Shown: positions 47,850 through 59,149 of the stretch, in pieces
How positions within the stretch are numbered: the first letter of the stretch is position 1
Layout of the letters: every line of letters begins with the position of its first letter
Source: Mobula hypostoma
Lineage: Eukaryota
Assembly: GCF_963921235.1 (NCBI RefSeq)
Contig: NC_086097.1
Span: forward strand, 26,414,001-26,478,000
Direction of reading: 5' to 3'
DNA: 64,000 nt
Notes under the pieces: generated by a model
Told to the model about the DNA's origin: nothing
Databases searched by the model: none
The model's input: the letters and a program-made list of their open reading frames with translations, nothing else
Program-made: the position numbers and the translations under genes

Positions 47850-49540
47850 ACTCAGGGACACTCTTCAAAAAGGGTGACAAAGCTGACTGCAGAAATTATA
47901 GAGGCATCTCCCTCAACTCTACTACAGGAAAGGTACTCACCTGAATTTTATGTGACTGGCTCTTACCTCTGGCAGAAGATCTCCTGCCTGAGTCTCAGTG
48001 TGACTTCTGTCCAGCCTGAACATCTGACATAATTTTCACAGCATGTCAATTGCAGGAGAAAGCCCGGGAACAAAATCTCCCACTTTATATGGCCTTCATA
48101 CAGCTTACAAAAGCATTTGACTCTGTAAATCATCCTGCTGAAGGGCCTCGGCCCAAAACGTCGACTGTACTTTTTTCCATAGATGCTGCCTGGCCCACTG
48201 AGTTCCTCCAGCATTTCATGTGTCGCTGTAAGTCATCCTGCCCTTTGGCAGTTACTGTCCAAAATTGAGTGCCTGGAGAAATACTTCAAAATCCTTCACA
48301 ATGATATGAGTGCAACAGTCATCATTCTGAAACAACACCTTTTAAGGTTGAGACCAGGGTCAAACATGTGTGCATCATTGCTCCAAGTCTGTTTGCCATT
48401 TTCATTGCAACCATTCTTCACTTCAGTGGCCAAGAGCTCCCACAGGAGCCCAGTTTCACTACAGGATGGATGGGGAGCTTATTAACCATAACAGGTTCAA
48501 GACAAAGAGCAAGGTACCATCATGGAGCTCCACTATGCAAATGACAATGCCATGGTAGCTCACTCTGAAGAGGATCTGCAGTGCATAATGGATGCTTTTG
48601 CCAGTGCATACAAGCTCCTGGCACTTGACCTAAACATCAAGAAAACCAAGTCCTGCACCTACCTACTCCAGATCAAGCTCCTAAACCTCCAACCATCTAA
48701 GTTGACAACATCCCTCTGGAGAACACTGATCATTTCCCATATCTTAGCAGCCTTCTTTCTTCAAGAGCCAACATTGACCTTGAAATAAAACGCAGAATAG
48801 ACTGTGCAAGTGGAGCTTCTGCCAGGCTGAGAAAGATCAGGATATCAAGACTAACACTAAGCTTCTGGTCTATAAAGCCACAGTCCTCCCCTCCTTGCAA
48901 TATGGACCGGAGTCATGGACAACATACCACAGGCACATAAAATCCCCAGAAACTTGCCATCAAAGATGCCTCCGAAAGATTCTGAGGGTTAGCTGGAAGA
49001 ACAGGCATACTAATTCCAGCATCCTGGTGGACGCTAACATTAACTCCATAGCCACCATCATGACTCAACACCAATTGCAGTTGGTTGGCCATATCATTTG
49101 TATGGCTGACTCCAGCCTCCCTAAGCAATTGCAGTTCGGCCAACTCGAGGATGCAAAGCACACTCCTGGAGGGCAGAAAAAGTGGTTCAAGGACAATATC
49201 AAGACCCACCTGAGGAAATGCCGCATCAACCTGAATGGACGGGAGAAATTAACACAAGATAGGGAAAGCTGGAGAAGGACTGTCTATGAGGGGACTGTAC
49301 AGCTCAAAGAACAGCTTCACGGTGCCGCTGAGACTAAGCAGCTTCAACATGACAGGAGACTGGGAAAGGCCCAACCAGCTACATCACCACCCCTTCAATG
49401 ACCTACACCTGCCAACACTGCAATAGGACTTGTGGATCACGGATCAGCCTCTTCAGTCATCTCAAGACCCACAACTGACCAGATCAAGCACCAGGGAATC
49501 ATACTTGACTACGGGTGATCGCTGATGATGATTATTATTA
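47850..49540 (+). mobile_element. RTE-clade LINE (RT to C-terminal C2H2 finger), with a Penelope pLTR insert at 48138-48225
   Basis: NYRGISL, QEKAREQNLPLYMAFIQLTKAFDSVN, YAND, HQRCLRKILRVSW, GGQKKWFKD, CQHC..HLKTH; (GAT)n tail. The pLTR insert has TSD ctgtaartcatcctg at 48123 and 48226. Confidence 0.9.
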
Positions 49541-50479
49541 TCTAACAAACTTATCACTAAAGCTGGTCCATACGCTTAAGGCTGTCTCTGGCTTCATTAT
49601 TTAAGTGCATTATAACAAGGAAGGTTGGTGAGGGAGATGTGGCTGGTCAATGTGGAATAAGAGATCATTGCTGAAGTAGCTGAATACCAATCAAAAAACA
49701 AGAACTATGCCTAAACTCTTTTATCCTCCTCTAACAAGTGTCGCTGAGACCAAATACAGCTCTCTTCCTCTGAGTCTGCAGTAAACCAGACTGGAATCAA
49801 ACCTACATGCAGCTGAGACATACTACGTCAAATTCAAGAAAACTCTAGGCTCTTTGGCCTCAATTAAATCAAAATGTCCATAGAAATAGGTATATTGCAC
49901 TCACCAGCAATATAAGTTGCTACAATAAATAGCATCAGAACAGGAATCAGGTTTATTATCACTGACATATGTCATGAAATGTGTTGTTATGAAGCAGCAG
50001 TACAGGGCAATACATAGAAATTACTATGTTACAATCACAAATATTTTAAAAGATAAGATGTACAAAAAGAGGTTGTGTTCATCGTCCATTCACAGATCTG
50101 ATGGCGGAGGGGAAGAAGCTGCTCCTGAAATACAGTAGTGATTATGTGTCTTCAGTCTCTTGTTCCACCTCCCAGATGATAACAAAGAGAAGAGAGCATG
50201 TCCTGGATGGTGAGGGTCCTTAGTGATGAAGGCATCACCTATTGAAAATGTCCTCAATGGTGGGGAGACTAGTGTCAAGATGGATATTAACACATGCACT
50301 GAAAAATATTGTTCTCAAAAACTGTATAACCTAACGCTGAAGGTGCACTGGTGTACAAATCCCAAACCTCATCACCTACTAAGCATACTGAACAGTTTTA
50401 GGAAAATACCTTTCTTGAGTTGGCTTTCTTGGAATTTCTATTTAAATTTGTAACACTAATTCTCACATCAGTACTGCTT

Positions 50480-51255
50480 ATCCCACTGCTCAACTCTCTC
50501 CACACTCATGACAGTGTGCCCAGGCACAGCTCAAACTCTATCTATAAATCTGCAGGAGCCACCACTGTTGGGAGGCCAAATCTCAGATGGCGGCAAGGAA
50601 GCATACTAGAGCAAAATAGATCCACTAGATACCTAACACTCAATGTGAGCAAGACAAAGAAACCGATCATGGACTTCAGGAAGGGCAAGTCAGGAGAACA
50701 CTTACCAGCTTCATTGCAGAGAGCGCGAGAACCTGCAAGTTCTTGGGTGTCAGCATATTGATGCAATCAGGACAAAGGCACACCATCAGCTATGCTTCAT
50801 GTGGAGCTTGAGGACATTAGATATGTCATCAAAGACTCTTGCACAATTATACATATGTACAGTGGAGAGCATTCTAACTAATTGCATCACAGTCTGGTAT
50901 GGAGCCTCCAATGCACAGGAATGGAAGATTTGCCAGCTCCATTACAGGCACAATCCTCCCCACGATCAAGGGAATCTTCAAAAGGCAGGGCCTCAAAAAG
51001 ATGCCATCCACCATTATGGACCCTTACCATCTGGGACATGCCCTCTTCTCATTACTGCCATTGTGGAGGGGGTACAGGAGCTTGAAGACATATGCTCAAC
51101 AATTTTCTTCTCTGCCATCAGATTTTGAACTATCCATGAACACTACCTTATTATTTATTTTTTGCACTACTTGTTTTGCAATTTATAATAATGTCCTTGC
51201 CAAAAGCAAAACAGTTCACGCTATACTAATCAGTGATATTAAACCTGCTTCTGAA
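50480..51255 (+). mobile_element. Old Rex1/Babar fragment; another at about 52010-52530
   Basis: LNVSKTK..IMDFRK and CTVESILTNCITVWYG. Confidence 0.75.
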
Positions 51256-51485
51256 AATAAATTAAAAATTTGAAACCTTATATTATCCAGTAATTAAGTA
51301 CAATGCTATCAATTTCACTGCTTTAAGTTCAATGAAAATATGAACAAACATGAAAATACAGATAGAGCAAGTAGCCGTTTCAAAAACAGATTAGGGAGGG
51401 CAAGCTGACCACTCCTCACTGTATACAGTACACACGGCTCCTCTTCCCTTTCAAACCAATTTTTACAGGAGCACAATCCAGAGCA

Positions 51486-52008
51486 GAGTTCCGTGAAAGG
51501 TTGCCAGGGGTTCCGCGGGAGATCACGATAAAAAACATCACGCGATTTTTTTTTTAACTTCACACGATGCTAGCGCTCACAGTGGCAGGCAGTGACTGAG
51601 CAGCCTCATTAACAATCTCATTAGAAGACTCTCAGCCCAGTAAGGCAGTGTGCAGTAGGGCCATGTTTATTTGTTTTTGACTGGATACAGAGGAGGCCAT
51701 CGATAATTGGTGAGCACTGTATTGCATGGAGGGGAGAATGGTAAGCTGATGAGCGTGAAATGCATTTTCCGAGCATTGAATGGACTCACCTAAATTGGGC
51801 TGTGATGTCAGCCTCCCCCTCGCAAATTACCTCCCCCAATTACCCCTCAGAAAACAGCATTGACAATTATTTTTGGATTATTATATCTATAACCTACTGA
51901 TCACGCTAACATACCGTGAGCTACAGATATAATTTTTTACGCAGGGTTTCCCTGAGACCTGAAAATTATTTCAAGGGTTCCTCCAGGGCAAAAAGGTTGA
52001 GAAAGGCT
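51486..52008. mobile_element. Probable hAT-type DNA transposon remnant (one end visible)
   Basis: Subterminal gggttcc repeats and right end aaaaaggttgagaaaggctg; no matching left TIR or TSD found. Confidence 0.4.
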
Positions 52009-54253
52009 GATCAGCTGCATCACCATCTAGTATGGGAATTGCAAGGCAACTAACCACAAGTCCCTACAAAGGACAGTGAGAACAGCTGAGGGGATCAGTG
52101 GGGTTTCTCTTCCACCCATTAAAGATATTTATTAGGAGCGCTGTGTACGCGGAGACCTTAGCATTGTCAACGATCCCTCCCATCCATCCAACAATCTCTT
52201 TGACTCCATCAGGCAGGAGATACCATAGCATTAGGATAAGAACTGTTAGGAATGGAAGCAGCTTCTTCCACAGGTTGTAAGACTACTGAACTCCCAGCCA
52301 CCATCCCGGTCTCATCACAAATGAAGTACAAGTAGCGTTTTACTCTTCACTTTTTAAACTTGTGTCATAAATGCACCATATTATTTGTTCATTTACTATA
52401 TTACTTCATGGGTTACGTGTGTGAGTTATTTGTACTGTGTTGTGCACCTTGATCCAGAGAAACGTTGCTTCATTTGGTGATATACATGTGTACGGTTGAA
52501 TGACAATAAACTAAACTTGAACTTGAATTACATTCTACCATGGCAAATTTTATTATTTAAACTGAGTGAAAGGTATGGCCATTGACAAGTCCTCCCACCA
52601 AATATTTGAATCCCATGTGGCCACTTTATTAGGTACACCTGCTCGTGAATGCAAATATCTAATCAGCCCATTGTGTAGCAGCAACTCAAAGTATAAAAGC
52701 ACGCAGACATGGTCAAGAAGTTCAGTTGTTGGTCAGATCAAACATCAGAATGGGAAAGAAATGTGGTCTAAGTGACTTTGACCCTGGAATGATGGTTGGT
52801 TCCAGACGGGGTGGTTTGAATATCTCGGAAACTGCTGATCTCCTGGGATTCTCAACTACCAACTTTCCTGTTGCCACCACAGATGCTGCCTGACACACCA
52901 AGCTCCTCCAATTTGTTTTTGCTAGCATAATGCACACCACATTTAGATCAAATTACTAGAATTTTCTTTTATTTAACATTAAGCACCTGGCAAATAAACA
53001 CTAGCATTTAAAGCAGTACATTTATGCATGCATATGTTTTATATATATGTGTCTATACGATGTACAAGGGTACTGTCCTCATATCTCAAATGTGTGTCAT
53101 GAAAGCACAGATAGGTAAAAATTGTGATAAATACCTCAAGTAAGTATTGGCTTTACCTGCTGAAATTATTAAAACCAAACTCTGCCAATCTCAAAGCATC
53201 ATTATAAGGATGCAGAGATTGAATGTTGAGAAGTGATTATAAAAATTGAGCACATTCTAACAGGCAAAGACGTTGCAGCACGATATGGACTATTTTTAAG
53301 GATTTTATACAAAGAAGAATGATGTAAATCACGACATCTTATTTCATTTTGGCCAGAACATCAGAACTAGGGACTTCATCAATGCTGGGAGAGTGGCAGT
53401 GGCAAATCAGAAAGAAATCTGCAGATGAAAATTATTCGAAGTGAAAAGACTATCTGTGATATATACCGGATAGTCTCTCTAGGGAGAGACTGGAAACATT
53501 TAGCATTTATTGACTCAAATGCAAATTTAATAGAATATCTTCTAGAAAATAACACTTTGAAATTCAAGTAACATGACAATTGATGAGCACGCTTAGAAAG
53601 ACCAGGCAACTTTGGACCAACTGATACTGGGTGAGAGTAGAACTCGAGGTCATGGGTGAAAGGGTGAAAGGTGAAATGTTTAAGAGGAACATGAGGGGGA
53701 ACTTCACTCAGAGGATGGTGAGAGTGTGGAACAAACTCCCTGCTATCGTGGTGGATGAGGCTTCAATTTCAACATTTAGGAGAAATGTGGACAGGTACAT
53801 AGATGGAGGGGTATGGATGGTTTCAGCACAACTTTTCGAAGATAAGAGGCCCAAAACTGCTCACAATACCCCAAGTGAGACCTCATCAGTGCTTTGCATA
53901 GTCTCAACATTACATCCTTGCTTTTATATTCTAGTCCTCTTGAAATGAATGCTCATCCTTAATAATCGACTCCAGTATCTGCCCAACCACTGAGGTCAGA
54001 CTAACTGGCCTATAGTTTCCTTTCTTCTGCTTCTCTTTCTTATTGAAGAGACATCCAACACATCTTTCTTTTTAGTGTTAACACACACAAGGATATTCCC
54101 ATTACCCCCTCTGAAATCTGCAACTACAATTCTGTTCCCTTAACTAATACAGATGAGAAGTATTCACCCACATTCTTGACTCCACACACAGACTGCCCCT
54201 TTAGACCTGAATGACCCTATTCTTTCCCTTTTTACTCTCTTGTTCCAAATATA

Positions 54254-55170
54254 CAGGTTGAGCACCCCTTATCCTAAATGCTTGGGACTGGAAGTGTTTC
54301 GGATTTCAGATGTTTCAGATTTTGGAATATATAATGAGGTAGCTTGGGATTGCCATCATTCCAATTTTGAACTTGTACGCTTCTGATAAGCAGTCTTTGT
54401 CTTGCAATTGTTCATGTACTTAACAGTAAAAATAATTACATATCATTAATATAATGAAAATATAATGCGTGCATGATAACAAAAGCAGCACAGCAGCAGC
54501 GGGAGAATACCTGAATCAGCTGTTGAACAACAACAAACAACGACAGGCTTTCAGTCTCTGCCTATGATGTCGTGTTTTGATGAAAACCTATTTATTTTTT
54601 ATTAGGTTTTATGTAAGGTATAAAAACAATCAGCACTGTAGACTTGTTCTGGTGATTAATTTTTGTCCGTGTTGATCTTCACAAACTCATCAATTAATTT
54701 CTCTGCTGCTTTGTGATTAGCAGATGCTTTATCTCTAAAATTTTTTAATTCTTTAAAAACTTAATGCCATGCTTTTTCTTAAATTTCTGCAAATAGCTGA
54801 CTGAATATTCTTAATTACCTTCAATTTTCAGTTCATCATGATAGACCTTTGCGTGTTTCATGATCTGCATACTGTTAAGCGGTATATGTTCACTCCAAAG
54901 CTGATGAATCCATTCTTTCAATACACGATCGAGATCTTCATTTTTCACTTTACGCGGCGTTTTTCTATTTTTCATTAACTTCTGCTCATTACATATGTGA
55001 GGTCACTTCCCAGAACTGTCTGTGGTGTGCAGAGACCTGCACATCGCCTGGGAACCTTCCCGGTACCCTGCGGAATTCTCCATTTGTGACGTCATGTCAG
55101 CCCTCAAAACTATTTCAGATTTTGGAGGATTTCAAGATTTTGGAATTTCAAACAAGGGGTACTCTACTTG
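54254..55170 (-). mobile_element. Tigger4/MER46-like pogo transposon, internally deleted
   Basis: TA-caggttgagcaccccttatcc..aaatgcttgggac..gaagtgtttcggatttc ... aaggggtactctacttg-TA; minus-strand CENP-B-like remnant (NEDLDRVLKEWI..QKFKKKHGIK). Confidence 0.8.
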
Positions 55171-55330
55171 TACTGATAAAATGCCTGTCTGTTAGTGATG
55201 TTCTGTGGCCCCTTTTTGTCCTGTAAATTTCTTAAGTACCTTCCAACATAGTCTACAGTCCTGAAAGGCTTTTCATGTTCGCAGTAATCTATATATGCCA
55301 CATTTGCCCTTTTTGTAAACTCTCACTCTT

Positions 55331-55628
55331 CCAAGTGGTTAAGGCATTTGACTTGCGATCTGAAGGTCGTGAGTTCGAGCCCCAGCCGAGGCAGCTTGTT
55401 GTATCCTTGAGCAAGGCACTTAATCACACAGTGCTCTGCGACAATACTGGTGCCAAACTGTATCAGCCCTTGCCCTTCCCTTGGACAACATCGGTGTCAT
55501 GGAGAGGGGAGACTTGAAGCATGGGCAACTACTGGTCTTCCACACAAACTTACCCAGGCCTGCGCCCTGCAGAGTGAAGACTTTCCAGGTGCAGATCCAT
55601 GGTCTCACAAGACTAACGGATGCCTTTA
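55331..55628 (+). mobile_element. tRNA-derived SINE
   Basis: A-box-like gtggttaagg and B-box gagttcgagcc in a tRNA-like head, followed by gtatccttgagcaaggcactta core. Confidence 0.75.
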
Positions 55629-55934
55629 ATTTATTTAATTTAACTCTTCCTCAACATCCACCATTCCCTGGACCTTACCTTTCACTTTTATAGGAACAGT
55701 TTGGTCCCAAACCCATTATTTCACATGCTGGATGTACATTTATCCATAAGTAGCTACTCCCAGCTTTCCTTTACCAGATCTAGTCATACAACAATAAAAT
55801 CTGCATTTCTCCAATTCAGGACTTTATTTCCAAGTCACTGTTATCACTTCCCTTAATTACCTTAAAACTTAGCATTATCACCACTTATCCCAAAATATCC
55901 ACAGATACCTGAAGTACCTATCAGCCTCATTCCC

Positions 55935-56360
55935 TCATAGTCATAGAGCACCGAAACAGGCCCTTCAGCCCACCTAGGCCAGGCAGGTTTGTGTTTCTAC
56001 CTTGTCCCATTGACTCATGCACCTGGATCATTGTCCTTTATACACTGCCCATCCATGTCCTTATCCAAACTTCTCTGGAATATTGAGATTGAACCCACAA
56101 TCACCACTTCCACTGGCAGCTCATCCCACGCTCTCACCACCCCCTGAATGAAGAAGCTCCCCCTCATGTTCCCCTTAAACATTTCAGCTTTTACTCTTAA
56201 CCCATGACCCCTAGTTGTAGTCTCACCCAACCTCAGTGAAACAAGCCTGTTTGCATTTACCCTATCTATACTCATAATTTTGTATTCCTCTATCAAGTCT
56301 CCCCTCATTCTCCTACAATTCAGGGAAATAAAGTCTTGGCCTATTCAACTTTTCCCTTTA
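55935..56360 (-). mobile_element. CR1 3' end; other short CR1 ends at about 24590-24857, 25545-25757, 53630-54030 and 57525-57755
   Basis: MRGDLIEEYKIM..TRGHGLRVKAEMF..FFIQGVVRAWDELP. Confidence 0.85.
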
Positions 56361-58015
56361 ACTATATATTAAGTTCATAAGTGTATAGGAAAGAGTATGA
56401 TATCATTTACATTTATTGCGAAGTCAAATAATGAGGGGAATGGATTTTTAAAAAGCAGAAGAAATCATTATCAGAATCAAGTTTATTATCACTGACATAT
56501 ATCCTAAAATTAGCACTATTTATTAATTTGCATACACACATGTATACATACATATCATAATACACACACACACACACAGTGTATAAGTTATGCAAAAAAG
56601 AGACCAAAAATAGTGAGGTAGTATTTATAGGTCCATGGACCATTCAGAAATCTGTTGGTGGAGGGGAAGAAACTGAACCTAACACTACGAGTGTGTGTCT
56701 TCAGGCTCCTGTGCCTCCTCCCTGGATGAATTAGAGGGTGATGAGGAAAAGATCATTCAGGAAACAGGGTGTGGATCACTGCCTGAAATGGTTGTGACAA
56801 AATTGCTCTTCATATTTAAAAGGTGGATGGGTTTGTACTCGAGAGGAATGAACAGCTGCGATTAAACTGGGTAGTTCCTTTTCAACCATCATGAACACAA
56901 AAGCCCAGAAGGTATCCTTGCATTTTAAATTTACCATGACTCTTTCGCTTTCAATAAGATCATGATTGATCTAATTCTTTACTTGAATTTCACTTTCCAC
57001 AATTCAGAGTTCTCTGAGTAAGTATTCTACTTCATCTCAAACTTAAACTGTTGAGCTCTTCCACTGAAATTATACCTCTTTAGTTCACATTGTCAAAGAA
57101 TCAAAGAGATTCAGCGTGGAAACAAGCACACAGCCCTCTCGGGTCACACTGACCACATACAACATCAAAACAGCTGGCCAATCATTTCCATGCCAACCAA
57201 TATGTCTGTGCCTTGGTAAACAACGTACTTCACTGTATTCTTCTATGTACATGTGATAAATATCTGAATCTGAGAACAGCCATTGCCAGACCCCACCAAT
57301 AGCCAGCCAGGGTGCAGACCTAAAACCAACACCTCAGCAATGGGCAGCCACACTTCTTGACCCAGCCTGCTCTCCGAGGAAGCTTTGAGGACAAGGTCAC
57401 AGTTTCATTACTACTGGAGTGTGAAGTTCCCACGTGGCTGCATGTAGAATCAGCCAGTGTCTTTGCTAGGTATACACTTGTGTGTATACCTCTCTGGAAC
57501 ACGAAGTACGATTATGAGATCATAAGATATAAGAGCAGAGTTAGGCTATTTGGCTGATCGAGTCCAGAGTCCACCATTTGATCATGGCTGATTTGACATC
57601 CGTCTCAAACCCATTCTCCCACCTTACGCCCATAACCTAAGATGTCCTTGCCAATCAAGTTCCTGTCAATCTCTGCTTTAAATATACCCAGTGACTTGGC
57701 CTCCACATCCAACTATGGCAATGAATTCCACAGATTCACCACCCTTTGGCTAATCACTCTTCTGTAGGGTAGCACTATATACTTAATGTTGCAATTATCA
57801 CTTTAAGCATCAGCGGGCATTAGTGATAACCATCATAACCGACTTCGTTAGAGCCTATTTCTGTGGAAAAGCTACAGCAGGGGTTCTGGAGCAACATTCA
57901 CAAAATTCTGAAGGAACTCAGCAGGTCAGGCAGCATCTAAGGAGAGGAATAAACAGGCGACAAGATATGAATAGAGTTGTTAAGTGTGATTCAATGTTTC
58001 TCAGGCATCTCTAAA

Positions 58016-58112
58016 GGGGGGGAAGAGAGGGAGAGAGGAAGGGGGGAGAGAGGAAGGGGGAAGAGAGGAAGGGGGAAGAGAGGAAGAGGGAGGAGGGGGA
58101 GTGGGGAGTGGA
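58016..58112. repeat. Purine-rich simple repeat (GAGAGGAAGGGG)n
   Basis: Directly visible. Confidence 0.85.
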
Positions 58113-59149
58113 ATCTACCATATGCATAAGCAAACCAACCATCCTATTAAACTCCACCTATCCCATCTGTGGCAAAGACTATGCATTTCACAACAGACTA
58201 ATAAGGCATTTTGGAACCCACAGAACTGAAGTGAAAACCAGTTATCCTTGACCCCAAAGGACTGTCCAAGAAGAGAATGAATTATACAAAATTCAGTTTA
58301 ACTGCTCAATACAAACTTTGTGAGACACTGTGTATCTGTCACAAATCTGATGTTAGGATCCACTTTAACGATGAGATTTCATTCCTCTTACATTGTGGTT
58401 GAATTATAAACTGACATCACAAAAATCTATTTTCTGTGCAACCTTACACAAGTTAAAAGGAATTCTGCTTATGTGAATTAAATAGTTTAGAAACTGATCT
58501 GTTGGGTACTCTGATTGACCAAACATAAATAACTTGAATTAATAATTCCATCAGACATACAATTCCCATTATCAAAAAGCTTTCAAAACTTCCAAAAAGT
58601 TTGTTGCTAACAAACATTGTTGAAACAGATGGTCTGGTCACTATCTAATTCCTTTTTCTAGAATCCTGGTGTGCATAGATTGGCTAATGTCTTTCCAATG
58701 GGTCTGTTATGAAACATTGGTTGAGTGGATTTAGAGATTATGGCTACAGACATTCACTTCAAGAGCTGTGTTTCAATAACACAATTGCCCTCAAATGACT
58801 AATACAGTTTCTATATGCTAATTAAAATAAGATGATCCACTCAAGAGTTTTGCAACAACATCTAATGATTGCTTTTTGCAATTTCTACAATTCAGAAGGC
58901 ATGTAAAATATTTATATACATATGTGATACCTTTTGTTTTAAAGATTAGCCTTATTTGTTACACGTCATATTAGTACCATGCAGATCTTCTCCAAGGATC
59001 ATCAACTTGTCACAGTAGTGTGTCTTGTGAGTTCCTGAGATCCCAAGAGCAATGTAGCCTGGTAGGGTCACTCAAGGAAGTAAAGTCAAGGGGGAGGTTC
59101 CAGACAAAGACTGATCCAAACCAGACCTCAACAGTGGAGATGACAAAAG

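Noticed and set aside
55331..55400. tRNA gene
   Set aside because: No convincing acceptor stem, and it continues directly into a SINE body.
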